From contig CAZEBF010000001.1 of NCBI GenBank assembly GCA_964510235.1, positions 13,001 through 77,000 on the forward strand: a stretch of 64,000 nt of DNA, read 5' to 3'. Shown here piece after piece: positions 35,306 to 44,400 of the stretch. Below the pieces are notes generated by a model. The model had not been told where the DNA came from. It searched no databases and saw nothing but the letters and a program-made list of their open reading frames with translations. The DNA is from an uncultured Candidatus Saccharibacteria bacterium (GTDB lineage Bacteria; Patescibacteriota; Saccharimonadia; Saccharimonadales; CAYUUR01). Position 1 is the stretch's first letter. Each line of letters opens with the position of its first letter. The translations under genes and the position numbers were made by a program.

Positions 35306-37102
35306 CTATGTATTGTTATCTGAGGCCGCTACGCGGTCAACTTCTGCTAAGCTGGTTTCTCCATCGAGTACTTTGAGATAGCCATCTTCACGCATTGTAA
35401 CCATTCCTTCTGATTGGGCGACCTTTTGAATCTCGGAACTCGGTGCGCGATTGAGGATAAGCTGCTGGATTGCCGGCGATACCTCGAATACTTCGTAGAG
35501 CCCCATTCGTCCCTTATAACCGCCAGGGCTACCGGGACCTTCTTTGCCCTTAGTCAAAGTATAAGCGCTTTGACCCCTCAGAGGCAAGGTCTTATAGCCG
35601 AAATCTTTGGCATACTTGTCCATCTCTTCTTTCTTTTCGGGCAAGAATTTGCCAATTGTAGCATGAATGGCCTCTGTTTCTGGGCCTGTCGACTGATACT
35701 CTTCTTGCTCGGCACCAATTCGACGCACCAAGCGCTGTCCAATCACCGTATGAACGGTGCTGGCGATCAAAAACGGTTCAATACCCATGTCTAATAAACG
35801 TGGCAAGATACCCGCCGCCGAGTTGGTGTGCAGCGTACTGAAGACTAAGTGCCCTGTCAGAGCGGCCTGAACGGCCAATGTCGCCGTCTCTTTATCACGA
35901 ATCTCACCAACCATGATCACGTCAGGATCTTGACGCAAAATTGAGCGCAAACCGCCTGCAAAAGTTAAACCGACGTCAGCATTCACCTGTATTTGGTTAA
36001 TTCCAGGCATCTTATACTCAACTGGGTCTTCCAGCGTGACGATATTGATTGAGTCATTCATAATCTCTTGAATCAAGGCATACATAGATGTCGACTTACC
36101 AGAACCGGTTGGTCCAGAGGTCAGAATCATGCCGTTTGGCCGAGCGGCACCTTTTCTAAGCATACGGAGCGCCCTACCTTTGTAACCCATATCCTCAAGC
36201 TTGAGGCTCGTCCCCGTCTTGTCTAGCAAACGAATAACCACCTGCTCACCCCAAACCACTGGCGATATGGCAATACGTAGGTCAATCTGGTGCTTGTTGA
36301 CCGTCATAGTGAACTGACCATCTTGCGGAATACGGTGTTCATCGATCTTGAGGTTTGCCAAGATTTTGATGCGCGACACAAGTGGCGGTTCAGTGCTTTT
36401 GGGCAATTTCATAATCTCACGCAAAATACCGTCCACTCGACAGCGAATCTTCAGTTCTTTCTCGAGTGGCTCGATATGAATATCACTGGCGCGGTTAGTG
36501 GCAGCATAGTCCAAAATTGCCGTTAGTGCCTTACTAATTGGCGAGTCTTGGACGACTGTTTCGATATTCTGGGCGTCTTTTTTATTCGACTTCTTATCGG
36601 TCTCTTCATCTTCTTCAAGGTGTGTTCCGAGTGCGCCAGCCACCTCTTTATCAATGTTTGAGTTGTCGTATTGGCCTAATACTTGGCGAATACCCTCTTC
36701 ACTGGCTGTGTACACCTTGAGCGGGCGACCAACTTTGTTAGACAAAAAGTCAACAGCCTGCACGTTATCGGCGTCCAGCATGGCGACGACCAGACGATGC
36801 TGCATCTCGCCGAGTGGCACTGCCATGTATTGTTCGGCTGTTTCTTTTGGCAGCAAACTCAGTATCTCAGGATCAATTCGGGCTGTAGCCAGATTCACAT
36901 AAGGCACGTTATTTATCTTGGCGACCATTTTGGTCAGATCTTCATTGCTAATCAGCCCATCGCTAACAAGCTTAGAGAACAATGGTGTTTGCTCTTGTTC
37001 GGCCTTAGTCTTGATATCTGCAAAATCCTTAGCCGAGACGGTACCATCCTTAACTAAGGCTTCTTCGACAAGCTTCTGTGTGGCGGCGGAGAGGACACTC
37101 AC
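35306..37102 (-). CDS. pilB: Type IV pilus assembly ATPase PilB (GspE family).
   Basis: It has an N-terminal GSPII-like domain and the Walker A motif SGPTGSGKST. The 598-aa length is typical. Confidence 0.85.
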   Translation of the reverse strand: MSVLSAATQKLVEEALVKDGTVSAKDFADIKTKAEQEQTPLFSKLVSDGLISNEDLTKMVAKINNVPYVNLATARIDPEILSLLPKETAEQYMAVPLGEMQHRLVVAMLDADNVQAVDFLSNKVGRPLKVYTASEEGIRQVLGQYDNSNIDKEVAGALGTHLEEDEETDKKSNKKDAQNIETVVQDSPISKALTAILDYAATNRASDIHIEPLEKELKIRCRVDGILREIMKLPKSTEPPLVSRIKILANLKIDEHRIPQDGQFTMTVNKHQIDLRIAISPVVWGEQVVIRLLDKTGTSLKLEDMGYKGRALRMLRKGAARPNGMILTSGPTGSGKSTSMYALIQEIMNDSINIVTLEDPVEYKMPGINQIQVNADVGLTFAGGLRSILRQDPDVIMVGEIRDKETATLAVQAALTGHLVFSTLHTNSAAGILPRLLDMGIEPFLIASTVHTVIGQRLVRRIGAEQEEYQSTGPETEAIHATIGKFLPEKKEEMDKYAKDFGYKTLPLRGQSAYTLTKGKEGPGSPGGYKGRMGLYEVFEVSPAIQQLILNRAPSSEIQKVAQSEGMVTMREDGYLKVLDGETSLAEVDRVAASDNNT

Positions 37103-37113
37103 CGTCTTACCCC

Positions 37114-37362
37114 CTAGTTATCTGTCTCAAATGGTGTCGCGTTACCATTGCCACCAATTTCGATGGTCTGCGTTGGGTTAACGGACTTCTCGTTAAAGAA
37201 GCGTGTATCAGGCTGCACAAAGTCAGAGACAATCGGCTCTACTACTTCTACTTGAGCTATTCGCTCACTCGAAGGCACTAGCAAGTAACGCGATGCAAAG
37301 AATGACATAAAGCCACTGACGAATACAATTACCAAGATTAATGCTAAATCTTTCTGTTTCAT
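37114..37362 (-). CDS. Small single-pass membrane protein of the pilus operon (PilP-like position).
   Basis: 82 aa with an N-terminal TM helix, lying between pilO and pilB. Confidence 0.4.
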   Translation of the reverse strand: MKQKDLALILVIVFVSGFMSFFASRYLLVPSSERIAQVEVVEPIVSDFVQPDTRFFNEKSVNPTQTIEIGGNGNATPFETDN

Positions 37363-37363
37363 G

Positions 37364-38119
37364 CTATTTCACCTCCTTAGTGGTGATATTGAGCGTTTTT
37401 TCTGGGAGATAGTAGGTCTTGGCCTCGATCTGCACCTGTAGTTTGGCGTCATCACCGCTGAATGTGATACGGCTAACTGGGAACGGACGAATTGATCGCT
37501 CCATTGATCCAATCAGCCCCTGAATACTCGTGTAAGTGCCAGAGGCACCAATCTGGAATGGAATTTCTACTGGATCCTTTTGACCCACGGCAGTAAGTTG
37601 GTTGACTTCATCATCGGTACCGCTAATGTTTTCGATGGTGTAATTGCCGCTCGTAAGTACTTTCTCCAGACTCGATGCGAGTGCTGGGAAGTCGTATTTG
37701 CTTGGCAAGGCGTCGAGCACAATCTTGGCGTTATCACCATCTCTGTCACCCTTGCCTGCCGGATCACCACCAATCACGTTCTCGGCCGTGCCCGTAAAAG
37801 CTTGGTAGGACGTAACGAGGGTGTCAACTGCTGCTACGTTGGCTTCGAGTTGGTTACGAGCGACCTCTTTTTCTGTGATAACACGCGCCTGGAAACTACG
37901 CTGATCCCACAAAGCCTTGGCCGCTACCAGTGAGAACATAGTTATGAACGAGGCTACCGCCACAACAACAACCATTGTCGTGTTGGCTTTGGTTATCTGG
38001 GTTCGCTTGCCTGAAGGCCGCGTTGATTGTTGTGCTTCTGCCATGTTAGTTGCCTCCTTGTTCGAACAGCGCAGCTGGCTTTTCGGTCTGTGAACGAGTT
38101 GTAACAGTCTTTGGTACAA
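37364..38119 (-). CDS. pilO: PilO-like pilus biogenesis protein.
   Basis: It has a TM helix plus a coiled-coil and a periplasmic domain. The likely true start is MAEAQQ at about 38044, which abuts the pilN stop. Confidence 0.55.
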   Translation of the reverse strand: MYQRLLQLVHRPKSQLRCSNKEATNMAEAQQSTRPSGKRTQITKANTTMVVVVAVASFITMFSLVAAKALWDQRSFQARVITEKEVARNQLEANVAAVDTLVTSYQAFTGTAENVIGGDPAGKGDRDGDNAKIVLDALPSKYDFPALASSLEKVLTSGNYTIENISGTDDEVNQLTAVGQKDPVEIPFQIGASGTYTSIQGLIGSMERSIRPFPVSRITFSGDDAKLQVQIEAKTYYLPEKTLNITTKEVK

Positions 38120-38711
38120 TCAGCTCAACTTTTTGTGCATTGTTGAAGATTGTTGGATCAAACTTGCCAGATATCTGATAAGTTGTGCTTTTTTCGTCAC
38201 GTGAGAAACTCGTCAATACTACCTCTGGAAATGCCTTCTTAGCTTCGGCGCCTTCAACAGTATATGTTGTAAACTTGAGCGTATCGACAAATGTATTAAC
38301 GTCTTGAATGTCGGGAGCGCTACCTGTAAAAATAAGCGTGCCGTTTGCAACATCTAGGTCAAGCTGCGAGATGCTAACGTTGTTCGGAACAACCTGCTTA
38401 AGATAACCAAATAATCGAGTCGTTTCAGCTTTTTGGCCATGCAAACCAGGCAGTGCGTTAAGCTGATTCTGAATTGTTAGAACTTTATTGAGATCAGGTG
38501 TGCTCTGTAACGTTTGGCTGTTTGCGGCGATATCTTCAGTCAAGTTACTAATGTGCTGCTTCTGTAGTATGTTGACGACTACAAATAGAATAATGAGCAG
38601 ACCTAGGCTGATAGTCGCTACACCACTAGCAATCAATGTAACCATACGCTTAGTACGCTTAGTCTTGATGTAATCAAGCTTGATGTCTGGGAGCAGGTTG
38701 AGTTGAATCAT
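38046..38711 (-). CDS. pilN: PilN-like pilus biogenesis protein.
   Basis: It has the N-terminal IQLNLLP motif and a single TM helix. Confidence 0.65.
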   Translation of the reverse strand: MIQLNLLPDIKLDYIKTKRTKRMVTLIASGVATISLGLLIILFVVVNILQKQHISNLTEDIAANSQTLQSTPDLNKVLTIQNQLNALPGLHGQKAETTRLFGYLKQVVPNNVSISQLDLDVANGTLIFTGSAPDIQDVNTFVDTLKFTTYTVEGAEAKKAFPEVVLTSFSRDEKSTTYQISGKFDPTIFNNAQKVELIVPKTVTTRSQTEKPAALFEQGGN

Positions 38712-39820
38712 TATTCGCTCCTCTCCGCCAAGCCTACTGCTACGCCAAAGCTATTAGATACAGCCAGTAATTCATTCTGTTGAGACTGAGCAAATGATAC
38801 GTTCCGCCAAGAGTTACCAATTTCTACACTCAAACCAAACTTGTTAGCAATGTGCAGCGGGAACTCTGGCAGTGATGAAGCGCCACCAGTAACGACAACG
38901 CGCTCGAGCTTGGCATCAACATATCGGGTCTGGAAGAACTTAATAGATTTTTCTATCTCAGCAGTGAGGATTTCTACCGTTCCGATGATAGCGTTATAAA
39001 TCTGCCCCTCAAGTTTGTCTTTACTGAGACCAAACTTAAACACAAACTGCTGAGCTTGCTTCTCGTCGATACTGAGATTTTGCATTGCTGCACGGATGAT
39101 TGCTTCTGAGCCAGTTGGGATTGAACGAGTCAAACGTGGCGCTCCGCCAGTGGTAATAACAAGGTCGGTGTTCTTAGAACCGATGTCGAGCACCATCTGA
39201 GCACCAGCAGAATCAGGTGCAGTTAGTGCGCGAGTTATTGCCAAGTTATCTGGTTCAAATGCAATGACATTGAGGCCAATTGACTCAAGCATGTCGAGTC
39301 GGTTTTCGATAAAGTCGTTTGGTACGCTAGAAAGCAGAATCTCGACCTTTGTCTTATCCTTCGGTGAATCACCCAGTAGCGCCCAGTCAATCTTAGAATC
39401 AGACAGTGGCGTCGGAATAAGTGAATCGGCCTGGAAACGAATGGTTTTAGCTAACTCATCGGGGCTGAGACGATCAATGTCTACAACTGTTGTGAACACT
39501 TTGGCTGATGGAATACCAACGGCAACGTTTTTGGTCGAAACTCGGGCTTCGCCAATCAACTCTTTGACAACCTGGACTAACTTTTGCTGATCAACCTTAG
39601 AATCACTCATGGCAATCTTGCTATCAACGGGTACGTAGGCGTATTTGACCAGTGTCTTGACTGGACCGCTACCGCTCAACTGCACTAAACGAATAGCAGA
39701 GGTGCCGATATCGAGGCCAAAGAAGTCAGACACGCCCGAAATAATACTCACGATTGTCCCCTTATTGCTGTCTGTGTTTGCTGTATATTCATGTGTTTCT
39801 CTGATTCCCGCTTGGCCCAC
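38711..39820 (-). CDS. pilM: PilM, actin-like pilus assembly ATPase.
   Basis: It has the phosphate-1 motif GLDIGTSAIRLV and an FtsA/actin-like fold pattern. Confidence 0.75.
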   Translation of the reverse strand: MGQAGIRETHEYTANTDSNKGTIVSIISGVSDFFGLDIGTSAIRLVQLSGSGPVKTLVKYAYVPVDSKIAMSDSKVDQQKLVQVVKELIGEARVSTKNVAVGIPSAKVFTTVVDIDRLSPDELAKTIRFQADSLIPTPLSDSKIDWALLGDSPKDKTKVEILLSSVPNDFIENRLDMLESIGLNVIAFEPDNLAITRALTAPDSAGAQMVLDIGSKNTDLVITTGGAPRLTRSIPTGSEAIIRAAMQNLSIDEKQAQQFVFKFGLSKDKLEGQIYNAIIGTVEILTAEIEKSIKFFQTRYVDAKLERVVVTGGASSLPEFPLHIANKFGLSVEIGNSWRNVSFAQSQQNELLAVSNSFGVAVGLAERSE

Positions 39821-39882
39821 CCTAAGGCAAAACGGAGATCGCTTACTCCAAATTATAGCATAAGCGCAATGGCGAGCAACCC

Positions 39883-42387
39883 CTAAAGTATCGGTGGCAG
39901 CGAGGTGATAAAGTCAATCTGCGACTTTTGTTGAGGTGTTCCGCCAATCGGTGGCATTATGGTGTAGAGCTTCATGTCAAAGATAAGGTCTTCAGCAGCA
40001 GTAGAAAAGATAGCAGAGCCATTCTCAACACTCGTTCTTCTAGTTCCAGCGGTTCGTTGCAGTTTAACCTGATCGGCAATTACTGCACCGTTAATAACCA
40101 ACTTACCGGTTCCATTAACGCCACTGCCGCCACAGTTATCATAGAGCTGCCCTGCGTTGAAAAGCGTACCGGTGGAACTCGTACAGGTAAACAGTGTCTT
40201 GGTTGTGATGAGTGCAGCGTAAACACGTGGCGTCGTATTGCTGATCTTAATATTACCAGAGGTAATGATATAGAGTGTTGCGTCGTCTTCCGCATCAATA
40301 ATGCCATTGATAACAACTTCAACGTTCTCGCCGGTAAGGAAAATAGCTGTTGGTTCAGTCACAGTACCACCCGTAATGGTAACCACTCCGCTGCGGTTAT
40401 TATGAATGACTCCACCTGTAAATGTGCTGGCTGAAACAGAGGCAGCTTGCGTTGCAGTCAGTCCGGTCGGCAGTCGCGCCAGCCAATCATCAGCACACTG
40501 CCTATTACCACTGACTCCGCCGTAGTCAACAACTTTGCGATTATCTACTGGGTCGGTACCATTAATTCCATTAATCTCTGCGTTGGCAAATGTCAGCCCA
40601 TGTGGTGGCGTTGGCTGAGCTCCACCCCTCGGGCTACGTCTACCCGCACTAAAGAAGTTACGGATCTCGCCAAGGGCCGATACACCATATTCACCCGATG
40701 AGCCAGTGAAGCGGTTCACAAGATCATCGCCACCGTAACCAATAATTGTAGCGTCAGCTTGCCTCACTGTGCAGGCAGTCTGTCCGTTATTAAATCCACC
40801 GCCTACATGTACATCATTAGTCCATACCTTGAAAAACGGCTTTGCCGCCACAACAACCGTTTTATCGCAATCATCGCGAACGGCTATGTTATCACGTAGC
40901 CGCAGTAAGGCGTCATAATTATACTCACCTGCGGCATTGGCGGTATAAGTCCCCATCGAATATGACCCCTCCACTTCCGTACCTCCCGTGTCGGCTATAT
41001 TGGTTGGGCCAACATTCACACGAGTATTGTCGATCCCTGAACTTGTGAATTGACCCCTGCCCTCTAGTGTTGTCGCATCACCACTATAGCCATAATTCAT
41101 CGTAACTCCAAACGACTGTCCTGGTTCTGGATTTCTTGGGTTGAACGTAATCTCGCAGCTAATCTGCGGGATCACATCCACCCCTCTTGGGTCCCACTCC
41201 ATTACTAGCCAAGCCTCGGCAAATGGTACTTTGTTCGGGTTGGGCGAACGACGCGCAATACTATCAACATCGTTACCAAACTGGGGGTCATTAATAAGCG
41301 GGTTACCGTTATAGGTTCCAGAACCATCCTGGTTCTTTATGCCAGCAACAATTAGGTCAAAGTCATCAATTGTGCCATCTGATCTGTAGGTGGCCCCTGG
41401 AATTGCACTTCCCAACGGACATGGCTCACTAACACAGCGCACGCCGGTTGACGTAGTGGAGGTCTCTGCATTCGAACCATTTAACTGACGTGCCCCCATT
41501 GCACCTAGGGCATATGCACCCCAGTTGGTGTCATAGTTACCGCCCGAAGGTCCTGAAGCCTGGCTGCCTGCCTTAAATCTAAAATCCCAATAACAACCTC
41601 CGTCATTGGCATTATCAAAGTTTCCCGGCCACTGAATGTTCGTGCTGCCCGTTAGATCGCCGATACTAATCCCTGCGCACCAGACATTTTGACCATTGAC
41701 CTTATATCCACCCGCGTCAGCAATAAACCCATAAGCACCACCGGCAGTTGACTGCTTAATGCCCGCTGCGCGCTTCACGTCAAGATCAAAGTCGTCCCAA
41801 TCACTCCCTGCTGACTGGCGTATTGAATCTGCCTGTCCTGAAGAGTAAGCCTCTTGAGCACTGGTCACACCAAGGTAGACATTAACGGGCCTCTGCTTGG
41901 TTGCTCCCGATACAGGATTTCTGAACAATTGGTTATCTAAGAATACTCTCTCGCCATTCCAAGCATTGTTATATGTCTCCTTGCAATTAGGCGTACTTGA
42001 ATCCGCGTAACCGCCCGCTTCAAAAACATGCGCACGACCGTCGGCGTTTCCAACTACCTTGAACCTATAAGCATACCGGGGCCTGCCGTTTGGTCCATCT
42101 GGCATACGATGCCGCTCTGTAACAATAATCTCACAATAAGGGTTCGAAGGATTTGCGTCACTTTGTGTCCCTGTATCACTTGGCACATCAGTCCAGTTTC
42201 GATACTGCTGATTAGGGTTCGTACCGATACTGCCGTTAAAATGAGCCAGGGCATCGAGGAATTCACTGCCCGCAACCTCAACATGAGCATTGGCTTTTTG
42301 AGGAAAGACCATTGCAAGTCCGCATAAAACAGAGGATGCCAATAAAAGCATGGTTAGATTTCTTAGGTATGATCTTGTCTGTCTCAT
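39883..42387 (-). CDS. Large secreted protein of 834 aa at the head of the pilus operon, possibly pilus-associated.
   Basis: It has the signal peptide MRQTRSYLRNLTMLLLASSVLCGLAMVFPQKANA. The body is Gly/Asn/Asp-rich and beta-rich. It sits immediately upstream of pilM. Confidence 0.45.
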   Translation of the reverse strand: MRQTRSYLRNLTMLLLASSVLCGLAMVFPQKANAHVEVAGSEFLDALAHFNGSIGTNPNQQYRNWTDVPSDTGTQSDANPSNPYCEIIVTERHRMPDGPNGRPRYAYRFKVVGNADGRAHVFEAGGYADSSTPNCKETYNNAWNGERVFLDNQLFRNPVSGATKQRPVNVYLGVTSAQEAYSSGQADSIRQSAGSDWDDFDLDVKRAAGIKQSTAGGAYGFIADAGGYKVNGQNVWCAGISIGDLTGSTNIQWPGNFDNANDGGCYWDFRFKAGSQASGPSGGNYDTNWGAYALGAMGARQLNGSNAETSTTSTGVRCVSEPCPLGSAIPGATYRSDGTIDDFDLIVAGIKNQDGSGTYNGNPLINDPQFGNDVDSIARRSPNPNKVPFAEAWLVMEWDPRGVDVIPQISCEITFNPRNPEPGQSFGVTMNYGYSGDATTLEGRGQFTSSGIDNTRVNVGPTNIADTGGTEVEGSYSMGTYTANAAGEYNYDALLRLRDNIAVRDDCDKTVVVAAKPFFKVWTNDVHVGGGFNNGQTACTVRQADATIIGYGGDDLVNRFTGSSGEYGVSALGEIRNFFSAGRRSPRGGAQPTPPHGLTFANAEINGINGTDPVDNRKVVDYGGVSGNRQCADDWLARLPTGLTATQAASVSASTFTGGVIHNNRSGVVTITGGTVTEPTAIFLTGENVEVVINGIIDAEDDATLYIITSGNIKISNTTPRVYAALITTKTLFTCTSSTGTLFNAGQLYDNCGGSGVNGTGKLVINGAVIADQVKLQRTAGTRRTSVENGSAIFSTAAEDLIFDMKLYTIMPPIGGTPQQKSQIDFITSLPPIL

Positions 42388-42391
42388 GACA

Positions 42392-42874
42392 CTAAAGGTT
42401 TAGACCGCCTGTCCTCAGCTGCACCTTTTGCGCTGATGAAATCTCGGATGAACGCGTCTTTAGTACGTCACCAATGAGCGATTTTGCCTTGGTTGCGCCC
42501 AAATCACCTGCTTTGATATACAGCACTACGACATCATTTATATCGCCTTTTGTTAGCTCTTCTTTCGTTAGGCTGAAGAGAAAATCACGGTCTATTGCAA
42601 CGTTACTGTCTTTGTCGGTTGTGTATTGTAAGGTTTTCCCGAGATAAGTCGCTGTTGTTGGCTCCACACTAGCGACACTAGGGCCTACTGAGTTAATTAT
42701 TGCCTGATTAATCTCTCTATTCTTAAGCCATATGCCTGTCATTGTACCTGCTGTAAACACCAAACAAATAAAGCATAGAATCAGTAAAGAATATATGACC
42801 AATCTCTTTCTGCTTGACGATACCCCAGTGACAACATGTGCTTTTCTATTGTCGGCTTTTGTTTGCATACACAA
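42392..42874 (-). CDS. Hypothetical membrane-anchored protein.
   Basis: 160 aa with an N-terminal TM helix (IYSLLILCFICLVFTAGTMTGIW). Confidence 0.4.
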   Translation of the reverse strand: MCMQTKADNRKAHVVTGVSSSRKRLVIYSLLILCFICLVFTAGTMTGIWLKNREINQAIINSVGPSVASVEPTTATYLGKTLQYTTDKDSNVAIDRDFLFSLTKEELTKGDINDVVVLYIKAGDLGATKAKSLIGDVLKTRSSEISSAQKVQLRTGGLNL

Positions 42875-42947
42875 CCCCTCTTAAGTGCTAACGCTTATAT
42901 GTAGAGCATTATAGCAGCCTTGGACTCCAGACAAAACACTACAATTA

Positions 42948-43826
42948 CTAGAGCACTGCAACCGGCTCACGTAAGCCAAAGACATGGGATGTAATTGCGT
43001 TCTTGGTTACCTGCACCCCTACGCACTTGCCATACTCATCATTAGCAGCCGACAGATTGGCAACAGAAGTATCTGGCGCAGATAACCAACCCGTGATAGT
43101 TCTACCAAATGTCTGATCATAGCCCGCCAACACTGGCTGGCAGATAAAGTAACCACCTGTTAATAGCGTGAAGCGAAGCGATTTATTGTAGTACTGACCT
43201 GTTGTGACGCCACTATCAACGATCGCCCAGTTAGCATCGTAAATGCGCATAGCAATACCTGCTCGGTGTGGTTCACCGTTAGCAAAATCCGCAAACTGGT
43301 TATCATTTATCTCTTTTACAGCGTGTACCCGAACCTCGCCGTACTCTGGATCTGGAACTACTACAGGATTATTGCTCGTACCTTTTGTTGGTGTTGCAAA
43401 AACCGTGAACGCACCAATGCCATCGGTCAAACGACCAGCTGATTGACCTTGCCCAGGAGCGGCAACACCAGTTGGATAGATAATTGCATCTTCTAATCCT
43501 GTTGGACTATATAGCTCAATAGTGTCACCTGTGTTACCTAAACGTGAACTGACTGGCACGACCAACCAGCCGCCCGCTGGAATCTCATCGGTTGCAGCAA
43601 ACGTCTTTAGATTACTGACAGCCGTGTCACGTAAGTACCAGCCGTTCAACGACACTGCAGTATCACTACCGTTATATAACTCTATCCAATCAATGTCGCC
43701 ACTGACAGGATGCGACACAAACTCATTAATTGACACGCTACTCGCCGCCACTGCCCCGTCGGCTCGAACCCCTAAAATCGCCACTAAACTCACTAGCACG
43801 AATAGTACTTTTGCACCCGTTTTCAT
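42948..43826 (-). CDS. Secreted lamin-tail-domain (LTD) protein.
   Basis: Signal peptide, then SINEFVSHP...DWIELYN...LNGWYLRD...GGWLVV...IELYSP, which matches the LTD motif pattern. Confidence 0.55.
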   Translation of the reverse strand: MKTGAKVLFVLVSLVAILGVRADGAVAASSVSINEFVSHPVSGDIDWIELYNGSDTAVSLNGWYLRDTAVSNLKTFAATDEIPAGGWLVVPVSSRLGNTGDTIELYSPTGLEDAIIYPTGVAAPGQGQSAGRLTDGIGAFTVFATPTKGTSNNPVVVPDPEYGEVRVHAVKEINDNQFADFANGEPHRAGIAMRIYDANWAIVDSGVTTGQYYNKSLRFTLLTGGYFICQPVLAGYDQTFGRTITGWLSAPDTSVANLSAANDEYGKCVGVQVTKNAITSHVFGLREPVAVL

Positions 43827-43918
43827 AGTTTTACACCCTGCACCCTTTCATAGATTTAACTTTATGCCGCCAACTTTAGCATAAACATTTTGCTCAATGC
43901 AAGACTTTTTTTGGGGGC

Positions 43919-44341
43919 CTACTTTGTCTCTGGATAGCCGGGGTTTTTGGCAGCTAGTTTGATAACTTTTTGTAGCGTCGCCAAGTTTACATCCTCCAGT
44001 TTTTTGAACCGAATGCAGCTTTTACCAACGCTTACCTTACCGAGGTCATCTTTGTACTTCTCGGCAATATACTCATTATCTTCCACGGCACAGACATACA
44101 AACTAACGTAGTTTTTCTGGCTGGCAATAGCAATCGTTGGCCAATCAATCACCTCTTTCTTGTAGTTTGTATACTGGAATGTGCCGTACCCAGGCATGTT
44201 GTAGGAAAAGGTCGGCTTAAGATCTGGTGCATTGGCCCGAATCAGCCGATCGAGCTCTTCAAGAATCACCCGCCGTTCCCCTGTTAACTGCGCCATGTAT
44301 TCTTCAGTGTTTTGCGCCTTAACTGGTTTGAACATATTCAT
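43919..44341 (-). CDS. DUF1801 (YdhG/YdeI-like) protein.
   Basis: Size of 140 aa and motif pattern only. Confidence 0.3.
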   Translation of the reverse strand: MNMFKPVKAQNTEEYMAQLTGERRVILEELDRLIRANAPDLKPTFSYNMPGYGTFQYTNYKKEVIDWPTIAIASQKNYVSLYVCAVEDNEYIAEKYKDDLGKVSVGKSCIRFKKLEDVNLATLQKVIKLAAKNPGYPETK

Positions 44342-44400
44342 GTCATTAATTATAACTTACTGATACCAGTACCGCTTAGCACAAGAGTTATGTACAATGG

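Noticed and set aside
27859-42387. Presence of a PilQ secretin or PilF/TsaP in the pilus locus
   Set aside because: No ORF with secretin-like features (long beta-rich C-terminal domain after N0/N1 domains) occurs in or near the operon. This is consistent with a monoderm-type pilus.
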